Assembly (NCBI GenBank): GCA_001794435.1
Contig: MGJU01000013.1
Span: forward strand, 90,256 to 154,255
From: Candidatus Yanofskybacteria bacterium RIFCSPHIGHO2_02_FULL_43_17
GTDB taxonomy: Bacteria > Patescibacteriota > Minisyncoccia > 2-02-FULL-40-12 > GWA2-44-9
Reading direction: 5' to 3'
Length of the DNA stretch: 64,000 bases
A model generated the notes under the pieces. It was not told the DNA's origin, ran no database searches, and saw nothing but the letters and a program-made list of their open reading frames with translations. Below, in pieces: positions 17,420 to 27,695 of this stretch. Position 1 is the first letter of the stretch. The number at the start of each line of letters is the position of its first letter. The translations under genes were made by a program, and so were the position numbers.

Positions 17420-18646
17420 TCAAATAGTGTCAGCCTTCATAACAATCACCTTATCAAAAATCTCATTTACGGGTTTTTGATATCTGTTGATAAAAGAATC
17501 CTTGTCTTTACCGTAAGACATAAATAACGACCTGTTTAATCCTAACAAGGGTTCGAGTATTTTGTTAAAAAACCAGCTTGCCTTGCTAAATCTGAAGTCG
17601 CTATTTTCCGTATAAACTGAGTTTCCGGAATTATAAAACAAATTAAAGTCCTTATCGGAAATAAGGCCGATTCTTTGGCTGTTTTTGTTGTAAGAATTTA
17701 GACAATTTTCCACAAAACTATTCTGCGTTATTGAAATAAACAAATCATTCTTGGAAATATCAAATTTCTTGACTTTTATCGCAGTTAATACGGCTTGCCA
17801 CAACTTAAGAGGCCTAAGAGAACAGTAGATTCTCGGCCACATAATTATTTCGTCAAAATTATTTTTAAAATCATCAGAACCCAACGTTTTCCAATAACTA
17901 TGGCTTGAAATTATAAGCCTGACTTTCTTGGATGGCACAATTGATCTTATCAGATTAGACAACGCGATAAGCAATACTGCGTATTCAACGGTAAAAACAA
18001 CCAGCCACACATTATCGCTTGTGTTGCTAGCCAATATGCTTTTAAAAAACGTCTCCGTTACACCATCTTTTTCTAGTAAACGGCTATTGTTAACCGGTTT
18101 CTCCGCAAGATCGGTGATAAAAAACGACAGCGGCATAGAATAATAAAATTCATCTAGCGGTCTTATTTTCTCGCCATCAAAAATATTACTAAAACACTTA
18201 TAAAAAACGTGGGCATCCATGCCCATCGCGTAAGCGTTATATGACGCGGCAGAACCGACAGAAAATACTGACCTTATCCGGTCATAGTTTTTAAACAAAT
18301 ACAATTCCGCGCTCATTCCGTCTTCCAATATTTCAAAACCATCCAGATTTAATGAGACCCGTTCAATTTTGTCGGCCGGATGAGGTTTATAATAAAGCTC
18401 AAAATCCTTAAACTCCATCCTGATATAATCCAGACACTGGTTGCACTTTTTTACATATGCATCGGCATCAGTTCCAGCCTTGGTAAAGGTTGCCATGTCA
18501 TTGCCCAAAAAAAGAACTGCTTTTTGGGATAGATTTTCTCTTTGCGGCTGATTTTGCTCGCCAAAAGCCCACCAATATGGAAATGGCGATTCTAAAGTAT
18601 TATTTTTCTCCGTATTGAGTCCTTTAAGTTTTCGCGGATCCATCAA
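17420..18646 (-). CDS. uncharacterised protein, paralog A of a two-member family in this window (candidate glycosyltransferase)
   Basis: Clear similarity along its length to the ORF at 39786..40952, e.g. LYLFKNYDRIRSVFSVGSAASYNAYAMGMD versus FFLLKNINNIKYTFSAISGACVSAHKMGIP, and the C-terminal LEPLLGLNRSLFMSYG versus LESLLGLYRTIYMDDPG. Confidence 0.5.
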   Translation of the reverse strand: MMDPRKLKGLNTEKNNTLESPFPYWWAFGEQNQPQRENLSQKAVLFLGNDMATFTKAGTDADAYVKKCNQCLDYIRMEFKDFELYYKPHPADKIERVSLNLDGFEILEDGMSAELYLFKNYDRIRSVFSVGSAASYNAYAMGMDAHVFYKCFSNIFDGEKIRPLDEFYYSMPLSFFITDLAEKPVNNSRLLEKDGVTETFFKSILASNTSDNVWLVVFTVEYAVLLIALSNLIRSIVPSKKVRLIISSHSYWKTLGSDDFKNNFDEIIMWPRIYCSLRPLKLWQAVLTAIKVKKFDISKNDLFISITQNSFVENCLNSYNKNSQRIGLISDKDFNLFYNSGNSVYTENSDFRFSKASWFFNKILEPLLGLNRSLFMSYGKDKDSFINRYQKPVNEIFDKVIVMKADTI

Positions 18647-19568
18647 TAATTTGGTTATAGAATTTTAAGGCCTCAGCTTGTTTTTGAATGGTAATTAAGT
18701 TATTTCTATTTGAAAAAAAGGATCGCGTTTGCTCATAAACTCCCGGCTTGAATTCTTTATCAAGCTTATCGTCTATCAAAACCTCTTCAACCGCAAAACT
18801 GCCTATTTTTTGTATCTGCAGTTTTTCAAGCGGGCGAAAAATCAGGCGGGACTTGGAAGTAAACACTTCCAGACCCCAACGCCCGGGTGAAGCCCAGTTG
18901 GCAGAATAAGAAAATGGCGCGCCGGATTCAGATATTCCAGCTCCGACAAAAATAGAGCCATTGGGATGCCACCTTAGGCCTCCTGATTTATAAGACCGCA
19001 TATCTGACGGCTTGCCGCCTAAAAAAAACGCCAAGTCAACAACGTGGGATGAATTAGCCAAAAACCAATTTTCCTTGACGGCGGTTGGGAGTTTCAATTT
19101 GCTGATCTGATAGCTTAATTCAGTAAAATCAAAAGTAAACGATTTGACTCCGCCATCTTTCTTAATTATATCCATCGCCTTTTTGGTTGAGGCGTAGAAC
19201 CTTCTATTATAAGCGACATAAACGTGCGACTTTTTTCTTTTTGCGGTGTTTGAAAGTGTTTTTATTTCTTCGGCGGTCATTCCTCCTGGTTTTTCAACTA
19301 AAATCAATTCCACTCCACGGCTTAGCAATTCCATTGTCGTTTTTGACAATTGATCAACGTTAACGGCCACTATTGCGATTTTGGGAATTGTTTTTTGTTT
19401 TTTAACCCAATTATTCAAACCGCCGGAAACAACATTAATTCCGGTTGTTTCTTTAAATTTTTTGGCTGATTTTATGCCACGGCCAATTACAATAAAGGGT
19501 TTTTTCATTACCTTTAAAACTTTGGCGTATTCTGCGGCCATATAACCGGCGCCGACAAGGAGAATATT

Positions 19569-19577
<9 letters not shown>
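18624..19577 (-). CDS. Gfo/Idh/MocA-family NAD(P)-dependent oxidoreductase
   Basis: N-terminal Rossmann motif ILLVGAGYMAAEYAKVL. TTG start. Confidence 0.6.
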
Positions 19578-19646
<69 letters not shown>

Positions 19647-19647
19647 G

Positions 19648-20625
19648 CTATGTAAACGGGTAATAATCGTATTTTTTTGAAGAATTTTTATTTAAAAAAT
19701 TAAATACCGGTTCAAGCAGTTGTAAGTGTGTTTTTGCCGACTGTTCATATCCGACAAGGCCGCATTCGCCTCTAGATAAAATATCTTCCGCCAATCCGGT
19801 TGTAAGCTGGCTTTGAAATGGAATTTGCGCATCAATCTCCTTCCACTTCCAATCCTCACCAGCTCTTGAAATCCATGCTTTGGCTTCTGTTTCTCTTGCA
19901 ATACATCTGAGTTTTTCACAATGAAACTGGATCAGAATGGGTAAATTGGCATTAATGAAACATGCCAAATTTCCAACACTACCATTTTTAAACAAAATCT
20001 GTAAGGTTCCGGAAAGTTCTAAGAATCCTTTTCTTTTGCTTGGGATAGGCTTTGAGTCTATACCGTCAGTATTGACAGTAAAGTCATCTGAACCGGTCAT
20101 AAAAACCATATGATCAAGATAATGAATGGCGCTGGTAATAAGTCCAAAGCCGGCCCAAGTTGCATAATAAGCAATTTTTGTTTTTTTCAATTCTGGCTGA
20201 ATATTTTTATACAACGGCATCATTCTCATCGGACAATTTACCCATGTTTTGACTTTATTTTTTTTAAGGAGCAGTCCGATCGATTTATAATCTTTTTTCT
20301 TGTTAAAAAGAAGTTTTTCTAAAACTAAATGTCTAACTTTTGTCTTTGCCAATAATTTTCTTGTTATTTCGGCGCGGGTATCTGAACAGGTGGCAATTAT
20401 TCCCAAATCGACTGATTTTAAGTTGTCTGGTATTTCCGTAAAAAAACTAATTTTGTGTTCATGTTTCCCCCTAGGCATTGTTTGATATCGTTCTTTTGAA
20501 AGATTAAGAGAATTTTGCGCGGGATCAACAACAATAATCTCAAGCGATATTTTGACGGCTCTTAATGCCTGAAGGTGCCTGCTGCCGATATTGCCGGCTC
20601 CTATTATTATAACCTTTTTTGTCAT
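19648..20625 (-). CDS. Gfo/Idh/MocA-family oxidoreductase
   Basis: VIIIGAGNIGSRHLQAL… N-terminal NAD-binding motif. 325 aa. Confidence 0.6.
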   Translation of the reverse strand: MTKKVIIIGAGNIGSRHLQALRAVKISLEIIVVDPAQNSLNLSKERYQTMPRGKHEHKISFFTEIPDNLKSVDLGIIATCSDTRAEITRKLLAKTKVRHLVLEKLLFNKKKDYKSIGLLLKKNKVKTWVNCPMRMMPLYKNIQPELKKTKIAYYATWAGFGLITSAIHYLDHMVFMTGSDDFTVNTDGIDSKPIPSKRKGFLELSGTLQILFKNGSVGNLACFINANLPILIQFHCEKLRCIARETEAKAWISRAGEDWKWKEIDAQIPFQSQLTTGLAEDILSRGECGLVGYEQSAKTHLQLLEPVFNFLNKNSSKKYDYYPFT

Positions 20626-21632
20626 ATGATCTTTAATATCTTTTTAATATCTATATTATCTTTGGATGAAAAGCCTTCATTGTTTTGAATTTTTTCAAAA
20701 CCATTATAAAAATATCCTTGATCAGATTTGGTAAAATCATTATTTTTTTTACTTGGAACAAGTATAAACATATCTTTGTCGGTCCATATTTCTTTGCCGT
20801 GATCATTCAGGCCCAATAAATCTTCGTGGCCCTTGTCCCCGGCGCGATCTCCTATCGTTTTAATGGATATTTTTTTCTTGGGATAATATTTTTGAATAAA
20901 AGCATCCGCCAACCCCCCCAAGCTTACAGAAGGCATTTTTAAAATAAAAACTTCCCCGCCATGGCACAGCTGAGCTGCTTTTATGGTTAATTTTATTGCT
21001 TGATTTATTGTCATAAGAAAACGAGTAGCATTTTTGTTGGTCATCTTAATATGCCTATGAGTTTCCGCTTGGTTTTTCCACATAGGAAGAACGGAGCCGC
21101 TGGACCAGGCAACATTGCCAAATCTTACGCAAGCTAATTTAATTTTACCCGTAAGAAAAAAGTTGGAATTTATCATTAGCTGTTCCATCATAAGTTTTGA
21201 TACGCCAAGAACATTCATTGGGTTGGCAACCTTGTCAGTAGATATGGCGATTATTTTCTGCACACCGCTGTGAAGCGCCGCCTCTATTATGTTATGTGAT
21301 CCTATTATATTTGTTTTTATGGCTTCTGAGGGATTATATTCACAGAAGGGCACATGCTTTAAGGCGGCGGCATGAAAAATAATATCAACTCCGTAAAAAG
21401 CTGTCTGCAACCGCTCCCTGTCCCTTATATCGCCTATCAGCATCCTAACGTTAGGAGGATATCTAAGCGACTCCAATAAATCATACTGCCGTGTTTCATT
21501 ACGAGACAAGACCCTGATCTGTTTAGGTTTGTATCTTAAAAGCTGGCGAACAAGCTCAGAACCTATGGTGCCGGTTCCCCCGGTAACCAAGATTACCTTA
21601 TCCTTGAATTCGTTTGTTTGATTATTTTCCAT
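20622..21632 (-). CDS. UDP/GDP-GlcNAc 4,6-dehydratase of the PseB/LegB/FlaA1 (CapD-like) family
   Basis: VILVTGGTGTIGSELVRQLL…, short CapD-type length (336 aa). Translationally coupled to the downstream aminotransferase. Confidence 0.75.
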   Translation of the reverse strand: MENNQTNEFKDKVILVTGGTGTIGSELVRQLLRYKPKQIRVLSRNETRQYDLLESLRYPPNVRMLIGDIRDRERLQTAFYGVDIIFHAAALKHVPFCEYNPSEAIKTNIIGSHNIIEAALHSGVQKIIAISTDKVANPMNVLGVSKLMMEQLMINSNFFLTGKIKLACVRFGNVAWSSGSVLPMWKNQAETHRHIKMTNKNATRFLMTINQAIKLTIKAAQLCHGGEVFILKMPSVSLGGLADAFIQKYYPKKKISIKTIGDRAGDKGHEDLLGLNDHGKEIWTDKDMFILVPSKKNNDFTKSDQGYFYNGFEKIQNNEGFSSKDNIDIKKILKII

Positions 21633-22758
21633 GTTTATGTCTTAGATCTATTGCGGAAATAACCTTATTAACAATATGGTTTATGTCTTTTTCTTTCAAC
21701 CCTACATAAAAAGGGAGTGCAAGCGAGGTGCTACTTATTAATTCTGAAACAGGAAAATCTCCTTTTTTAAAACCAAATTTATCTTTATAAAAACTGAAAA
21801 GGTGGATTGATGGCAAATACGCCTTTGTGGCAATTCCCTCTTTTTGCAAATCTTCAATGATTCTGTCTCTTTTTATTTTTGGATTTTTTATTCTTATAAC
21901 ATAAACAAACCAAGAATGCGTATTATCTGCCGCAACTATCGGTATTTGAACGACATCGGCATGCTTTGAAAAATATTTGTTATACAAGTCGGCAACACCC
22001 GCTCTCTGATTTATAAGGTAGTCGAGCTTGTTTAATTGAACAACCCCCAAAGCCGCGCTAAGCTCGTCTATGCGATAATTATATCCAAGCCGCTCATGAT
22101 CAAGCCACTGCATATTTTCCGCCCGGCCTTGATTTCTTAAACTCATAAACAAACTGTGGAGTTTTTTGTTGTCAGTTACTATCATTCCGCCTTCGCCGGT
22201 CGTCATCTGCTTATTGGGGTAAAAGGCAAATACCGCTGATTCGCCGAATGTGCCGGTATTATTGCCTTTATGCGTCGCACAAATTGATTCACAGGCATCC
22301 TCCACGATTTTCAGTCTATGCTTTTTGGCAATTCTTATTATGGACGACATGTCCGCTGATTGTCCAAAAATATGAACGATAAGAATAGCTTTAGTTTTTT
22401 TGGTTATTTTTTCTTCAATTTTGCTTGGATCTAAGTTATAAGTAACCGGGTCAATATCAGCGAAAACCGGCTTAGCTCCGACATATAAAATACAATTAGC
22501 CGAAGCAACAAAGGAAAATGGGCTGGTTATGACTTCGTCACCCGGACCTATGCCGGCACCCAGCATCGCCAAATGCAGTCCAGCTGTCCCGCTTGAAACA
22601 GAACAGGCATATTTTGTGCCGATTTTCTTGGCAAATTTTTCTTCAAATTCTTTGTGTTTTGGGCCCAAGCTAAGATGGCCTGTTTTTAAAACAGCCGAGA
22701 CGGCCTCCCTTTCTTCATTACCAATATGAGGCCTTGACATCGGATAAATATTCTTCAT
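21622..22758 (-). CDS. DegT-family aminotransferase (PseC/LegC-like) acting on a 4-keto-6-deoxy sugar nucleotide
   Basis: DegT fold with the PLP-lysine retained (FAFYPNKQMTTGEGG). Confidence 0.75.
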   Translation of the reverse strand: MKNIYPMSRPHIGNEEREAVSAVLKTGHLSLGPKHKEFEEKFAKKIGTKYACSVSSGTAGLHLAMLGAGIGPGDEVITSPFSFVASANCILYVGAKPVFADIDPVTYNLDPSKIEEKITKKTKAILIVHIFGQSADMSSIIRIAKKHRLKIVEDACESICATHKGNNTGTFGESAVFAFYPNKQMTTGEGGMIVTDNKKLHSLFMSLRNQGRAENMQWLDHERLGYNYRIDELSAALGVVQLNKLDYLINQRAGVADLYNKYFSKHADVVQIPIVAADNTHSWFVYVIRIKNPKIKRDRIIEDLQKEGIATKAYLPSIHLFSFYKDKFGFKKGDFPVSELISSTSLALPFYVGLKEKDINHIVNKVISAIDLRHKHGK

Positions 22759-22813
22759 AGGATGCGAGTCAAATACTCGAATAGAATATCGATATTTCTA
22801 AGTATTGTAAATA

Positions 22814-22842
22814 TTGACAAACACCGGTTGTACTGCTAAAAT
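22814..22842 (+). promoter_or_regulatory. sigma70-like promoter TTGACA-17nt-TAAAAT
   Basis: Canonical hexamers. The RBS GAGGGGGAG and the ATG at 22884 follow. Confidence 0.45.
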
Positions 22843-22883
22843 AAATACGCTTTTCGTTCTTTAAGAAGTGAGGGGGAGTCGAG

Positions 22884-23975
22884 ATGGTGGTGCTAGCCGC
22901 ATCGCGAGATACTGGTGGAACCAATGGCGTACTGCCCGTGGCAAGAGAGCTGCAAAAAGACTTTGATGTAGTATACCTGGCCAGCGGACGAGCCATAGAG
23001 ATTCTGACTGCAAGTGGTGAAAAATTCGAAACCCTCAATTCTCCAGATGAAGTTTTGGCAAAATATCCCAATATTGCCGGATTAGTTACAAGTATGTGCT
23101 ATAGCGGAAATGCCGGTGTCGGCCGAGATTTGGTTCCCAGATTGAGAGGCCTGTGTCCGACTGTCGCTATTCAGGACTTGTGGGGAGCCCAGATGAAAAC
23201 GTCTTGGAAAGATCCCCTATATCGTCCTGACTATCTGTGCGTTAACGACCGGCTGGGATCTGAAATTGCCGTGAAGGCCTGGCCGGATTTTGAATCATCG
23301 AGAATAGTAGAAGCCGGATTCCCCGCCTTGGACAAGTACCAAAATTATGACTCTGACTTAATCGCATCGGAAGGAAGAATGGTGCTAAACATTAGAGCCG
23401 ATCTGCCGGTAGTGATGTTTGGGGGCCAAGGTGATGGCTCCGCTGAAGCTCTGGCTGAGGTTGTCGCCGCCTTGAATGAAATTGATCAGACACTTTACTT
23501 TATCCCTCGCGGTCACCCGAATATGAAAAGCGACTACGCTCACGAGGTAGAACCGTGGAACAAAGCTCTAGGTACATATAAAGGGCAAGGACTGATCAGG
23601 AATTCTCAAGACGTTAAAACGCCGGCGATTCTCGCACTTTCTTCGGTAGTTATATCCATGTATTCGACCCTTCTCCTTGAAGCAGCAGTTCTCCGTAAGC
23701 CAAACATCGCAATTCTTTATCCTGACAGCATGGCTAGATTAGAATTCGAAAGAGAAGCTGGAGGCATTCTTGATGACCCGGCCACCGTATCTCTGGGTTG
23801 TACTGCTAAGGCAACAAACAGGGATAACCTAAAAGATCTCCTTACCCAAGCCCTTAACGGAGATTTGGAACGCAAGCTGAGAAGAGAACAGGAAAAATAC
23901 CTACAGCTGGATGGTAAAAATGCCCGGCGCATAGCTGATTTCATTAGGCGGGCAATTCATCAATTTCATAACTAG
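22884..23975 (+). CDS. hypothetical protein, possibly GT-B-like, in a compositionally atypical (GC-rich) segment
   Basis: Strong RBS. The coding sequence is about 50 % GC against about 40 % in its neighbours. I recognised no diagnostic motif. Confidence 0.4.
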   Translation: MVVLAASRDTGGTNGVLPVARELQKDFDVVYLASGRAIEILTASGEKFETLNSPDEVLAKYPNIAGLVTSMCYSGNAGVGRDLVPRLRGLCPTVAIQDLWGAQMKTSWKDPLYRPDYLCVNDRLGSEIAVKAWPDFESSRIVEAGFPALDKYQNYDSDLIASEGRMVLNIRADLPVVMFGGQGDGSAEALAEVVAALNEIDQTLYFIPRGHPNMKSDYAHEVEPWNKALGTYKGQGLIRNSQDVKTPAILALSSVVISMYSTLLLEAAVLRKPNIAILYPDSMARLEFEREAGGILDDPATVSLGCTAKATNRDNLKDLLTQALNGDLERKLRREQEKYLQLDGKNARRIADFIRRAIHQFHN

Positions 23976-24004
23976 AGACAAAGCCATAATTTATGGCTTT
24001 TTGA

Positions 24005-24880
24005 TTACTTGTCGTCAGTCCGGCATTTAATATAATCCAGAAAACCTGCTTCCAAACTATATGCCGGTTTAAATTTCAATATGTTTTTAGCTCTATGATT
24101 GTCGTAAAGATAATGGTTTCCTATTTCTTTTTGAGTCTTTATTTTTAATTTAAAGCTGGGGTAAATACTACTGATGACTCTATCCACATCTCTAATCCTT
24201 GTTTTTATACCAGAAGACACATTAATAACCTCACCCTGCGCTTTTTTACTTTTTAGTGAAAGCAAAACGGCTTGAGCCGCATCTCTGACATAAACCATGT
24301 CCATAAATGAGCTCGGATCAACTGACAAAATTAACCGTTCCCCATCAATCGCCGCATTAATCATTTTTGGCACAATCCGTGATGGATGCATACCATGACC
24401 ATACAAATAGGTAAATCTTAAGGCCGTAAATTTGATTCCAAATTTTTCCGAATACTCCCGACAAAAACACTCGGCTAATAATTTTGACTGACCATAAAAA
24501 TTTTCTGGAACAGTTATATCGGTTTCTTTGATCGTTCCTGCCTTATGTAAATTCCCGTAAACCTCAACAGAAGAAGCCAGAATTATTCTCGGTATTTTAT
24601 TTATTCTGCATGCCTCTAAAATATTTAGAGTTCCGAGGGCGTTGATATTAAAATGTTTCTCCGCGTTATCAGTATCGGAAGTCCTGATATTGCCGGCCAA
24701 ATGAATTACGGATTTATAGCCTTTTGTTTTATTGATAACCGCCTTTTTGTCCATTATATCCAGATCCCCAAGAGAAGAAGCGGTAAAGCTAAGGCCTTTG
24801 TTCCGTAGAGTATCGGCCACATATCTGCCCAAAAAACCATCGGCGCCAGTCAGAAAAATTTTTTCTTTTCTGCTTTTCAT
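24005..24880 (-). CDS. NAD-dependent epimerase/dehydratase family protein
   Basis: IFLTGADGFLGRYVADTL Rossmann motif. 291 aa. Confidence 0.7.
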   Translation of the reverse strand: MKSRKEKIFLTGADGFLGRYVADTLRNKGLSFTASSLGDLDIMDKKAVINKTKGYKSVIHLAGNIRTSDTDNAEKHFNINALGTLNILEACRINKIPRIILASSVEVYGNLHKAGTIKETDITVPENFYGQSKLLAECFCREYSEKFGIKFTALRFTYLYGHGMHPSRIVPKMINAAIDGERLILSVDPSSFMDMVYVRDAAQAVLLSLKSKKAQGEVINVSSGIKTRIRDVDRVISSIYPSFKLKIKTQKEIGNHYLYDNHRAKNILKFKPAYSLEAGFLDYIKCRTDDK

Positions 24881-26548
24881 TTATATAATATTCAAATCCG
24901 AATCATGGTTTTCAAGAAAGCCTTTTTTGTTTAAGCTGGCAGGGTGGGCTTTATCTACAAACATTTCGTTCCAATACCTGAACACATATGACTCTTTGAA
25001 GCTTAATTTTTTCAGCGGCCGCCCAAAAAGCTCTTTCTGTATCAGCCAGTTTGCCACATTGAAGCCCAAGAAACTGGCCATTCCGGTCGTACCGGAAAAA
25101 CGGCAATTAATTTCAAAAATTTTGATTTTTCGCCCGTCTTTTCTTAATTGAAAATTACATGGTCCGTATAAATTAAGCTTCGACCCGACTTTAGCGATAA
25201 AATCTTCAATCCCCTTATTTTTTGCCACAACGGCTTTATAGGTATCGCCGTTCCTTAGCCATCTTTTACTGGTCATGACACCGTAATTTTTGCCTTTGTA
25301 AAAAAAGGTGCTGCACGTGTATTCTTCATTTTCATCTGACAAATACTCTTGTATTATAGGTTCTTGAATGGATGCCAGTTTTTCTAAAAATTCTTTTTTG
25401 TTACCGACAACCGAGAATCCGACTGATCTTGCACCGACTCTGGGCTTAACAATAAGCGGAAAGTCGCTTTTTTTTGAAAACTCTTCAGCTTCGTTCTTCA
25501 AGCAAGAGTCGGGATAAGGAAAACTGTTTTTCTTGAGAAATTCTACCGTTTTCCATTTATCATCGGCAATCTCAATTGATTTTTTATCGCTGACTATTAG
25601 GGTGGCTGAAGTTTGCGATTCTATTTTTTTTCTATTTTTAGCCAAAGCGGGCAATTCTATATCTGTTCCTGAAAAAATAAATCTTACTTTTTCTTTTTTA
25701 CAAATACGAATAAGCTCATTTATATAATTCTTTGAATCATATCTTGGAATTATATAGGCAGCCGAACCGCGGTAAAGTCCCGCCGCAAGAGGATCGGCAT
25801 CGGCCACTATCAGCTTAGTCCTAACCTTTGATAATTTGATCGATTTAATAATGCTTTGGCCCACACCCGCTCCGGCTCCAGTCACTAAAACAGGAACTGG
25901 GTCAGCCAGATCAAACGCGGCGTCCCCTATTTCTTTCAAATCCTTGTGCATATCGCTTCCGAAAGAAAAATTATTTATATTTCCTCTTTTAATCTCTTTT
26001 TTTACTAACAATCTTATATTTACCAGGGCGTGCTTGTTGTTGTATTCAAATTTTATCTTATTTTTGACGCAAAGATCATAAACCTCCTTAATGTATTCGG
26101 CCGGCGGATCAATGTTAAAAAATCTTTGAACCATACTGAAAGGATGGCCGAGTATATCTATCTGCTTAGATTGGGCCAAAAGCTTGGTCAACTGAAACTC
26201 TCTTTCCAAAAGCTGGGGTCCGGTCATTGTCTTAATACCGTCAAAATGATGGACACTGCCCAAAACGACTTCGGAAGCCGCTAATATTTTTTTGGTCGTA
26301 TTCAAAGTGCCATCGTCAAGAATTTTCACTTCACAGCCAATGCGTACCTTAAAATCAGAGAATTCTTTTCTGAGTTTTTTAATTTCCGAAGCATACCGCG
26401 GAAACCAATCCGTGTTTTTATCTACATGATCGGTAATAATCAAGTCCAGCTTGTCATGAAGATTATTGTATTCAAAAATCTCGCGGAGAGAATATTTTCC
26501 GTCACTGTATGTTGAATGTATTTGGTTGTCTTCAAATTTAATTTTCAC
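24881..26548 (-). CDS. fusion protein with an N-terminal PHP-family phosphoesterase domain and a C-terminal ATP-grasp ligase domain
   Basis: N-terminus …QIHSTYSDGKYSL…ITDHV (PHP His/Asp motifs). C-terminus is an ATP-grasp (FPLIVKPRVGARSVGFSVV…IFEINCRFSGTTG). GTG start. Confidence 0.55.
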   Translation of the reverse strand: MKIKFEDNQIHSTYSDGKYSLREIFEYNNLHDKLDLIITDHVDKNTDWFPRYASEIKKLRKEFSDFKVRIGCEVKILDDGTLNTTKKILAASEVVLGSVHHFDGIKTMTGPQLLEREFQLTKLLAQSKQIDILGHPFSMVQRFFNIDPPAEYIKEVYDLCVKNKIKFEYNNKHALVNIRLLVKKEIKRGNINNFSFGSDMHKDLKEIGDAAFDLADPVPVLVTGAGAGVGQSIIKSIKLSKVRTKLIVADADPLAAGLYRGSAAYIIPRYDSKNYINELIRICKKEKVRFIFSGTDIELPALAKNRKKIESQTSATLIVSDKKSIEIADDKWKTVEFLKKNSFPYPDSCLKNEAEEFSKKSDFPLIVKPRVGARSVGFSVVGNKKEFLEKLASIQEPIIQEYLSDENEEYTCSTFFYKGKNYGVMTSKRWLRNGDTYKAVVAKNKGIEDFIAKVGSKLNLYGPCNFQLRKDGRKIKIFEINCRFSGTTGMASFLGFNVANWLIQKELFGRPLKKLSFKESYVFRYWNEMFVDKAHPASLNKKGFLENHDSDLNII

Positions 26549-26620
26549 AAAAAGTAGAATTAGGTTTTAATTTACAAATTCTAGATTCTAATTTCTAGAT
26601 TCTAGATTCTAATATTGATA
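26549..26620. repeat. heptamer-repeat array (AGTAGAATTA … 5 copies of nnTTCTA); family copy 3
   Basis: aaattctagattctaatttctagattctagattctaata. It overlaps the stop and last codons (LESRI*) of the NeuC-like gene. Confidence 0.7.
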
Positions 26621-27695
26621 CTACTCTTTTCGCGACCTCTCCGCCGGTGTAAATCGATTTTGTCTTTTGAAGTTTTGTTCTAAATTTATCTGAAAGCGCC
26701 AGATTAATCCCCTTCTTAATGCTTGCTTGATCATAATCGCAAAATATTACATTTGCCCCCGCTTCTCTGCCTTTCTGGCGATTACCTATATTTACAAAGG
26801 GTGTCTTCATAAAGCCGGCCTCTGTCAATCCAGAGCTAGAATTACCAATAAATATATCGCAATTTTTCATTAAGCATAAATAATCTCCCATAGCCAAGTT
26901 AGGATAAATGTGGACATCTGGCTTTTTGCTTATACTGTTTATTTTTTTTATAAAATAAGCCGCGCCTGTGTCTGAATTTGGGTAAATTATAATTTTCTCG
27001 CCATCAAGAGTTTTAAGAAAGTCAATTAAAGGATCGATTTGTCCTCTTGTTGGAATATTGTCAAAAAGCGTCGGATGCATACTAACCAAAAACCACTTTT
27101 TATTTTTATCCAGCAACATTTTCTTAGCCACAGCTTCTTTGTCCGGCATTTGGTTCGGTTGGAGGCCATTCAAACCCAGCGAACCGGCTACAAAAGTAAA
27201 TTTTGGATCTGTCCCTAATTTAATTGCGTTTTTTCGGCTTTGTATCGTTTGTACAAAATGAAACTTGGAAAAAACGGTTATGGCATTCCTTAAGTAATGA
27301 TCAACCGATGGGCCGCTTACATCTCCGCCCGAAAAATGAATTACCGGAATATTTAGATGTAAGCCGACGACTGCGCCGGCAAACGCTTCATCTCTGTCGC
27401 CAAGCACAAAAATATAATCAATCTTATCGGAAGCGCAATAATCGGCTATGCCAGAAATTTCTTTGCTCAAGGACTGAATCATGCTGTCTTTTTCCGAAAT
27501 CTTTACAATGGCAACTATGGGCATTTTATCTTTTTTTATTTCACCAAGAGTCAGTCCAAATTTCTTTAAAGCATGTATGCCGGTAGCCAGAACCTTTGGC
27601 TTCATTTTTGGGCTTTGGAACATTTGTTTTATAACCGGTTTCAACAAACCATAATCTGCTCTGGTTCCGGTAATAAATAGTATGTTTTTTCTCAT
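26595..27695 (-). CDS. UDP-N-acetylglucosamine 2-epimerase of the hydrolysing NeuC/LegG type
   Basis: MRKNILFITGTRADYGLLKPVIK… typical NeuC N-terminus. 366 aa. Confidence 0.75.
   Translation of the reverse strand: MRKNILFITGTRADYGLLKPVIKQMFQSPKMKPKVLATGIHALKKFGLTLGEIKKDKMPIVAIVKISEKDSMIQSLSKEISGIADYCASDKIDYIFVLGDRDEAFAGAVVGLHLNIPVIHFSGGDVSGPSVDHYLRNAITVFSKFHFVQTIQSRKNAIKLGTDPKFTFVAGSLGLNGLQPNQMPDKEAVAKKMLLDKNKKWFLVSMHPTLFDNIPTRGQIDPLIDFLKTLDGEKIIIYPNSDTGAAYFIKKINSISKKPDVHIYPNLAMGDYLCLMKNCDIFIGNSSSGLTEAGFMKTPFVNIGNRQKGREAGANVIFCDYDQASIKKGINLALSDKFRTKLQKTKSIYTGGEVAKRVVSILESRI

Noticed and set aside
22769-23071. 100-aa minus-strand ORF spanning the promoter and start of the 22884 gene
   Set aside because: It overlaps a well-supported promoter/RBS/ATG on the other strand, its sequence is low-complexity (S/T/P-rich) and it has no signals of its own. 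Likely spurious.
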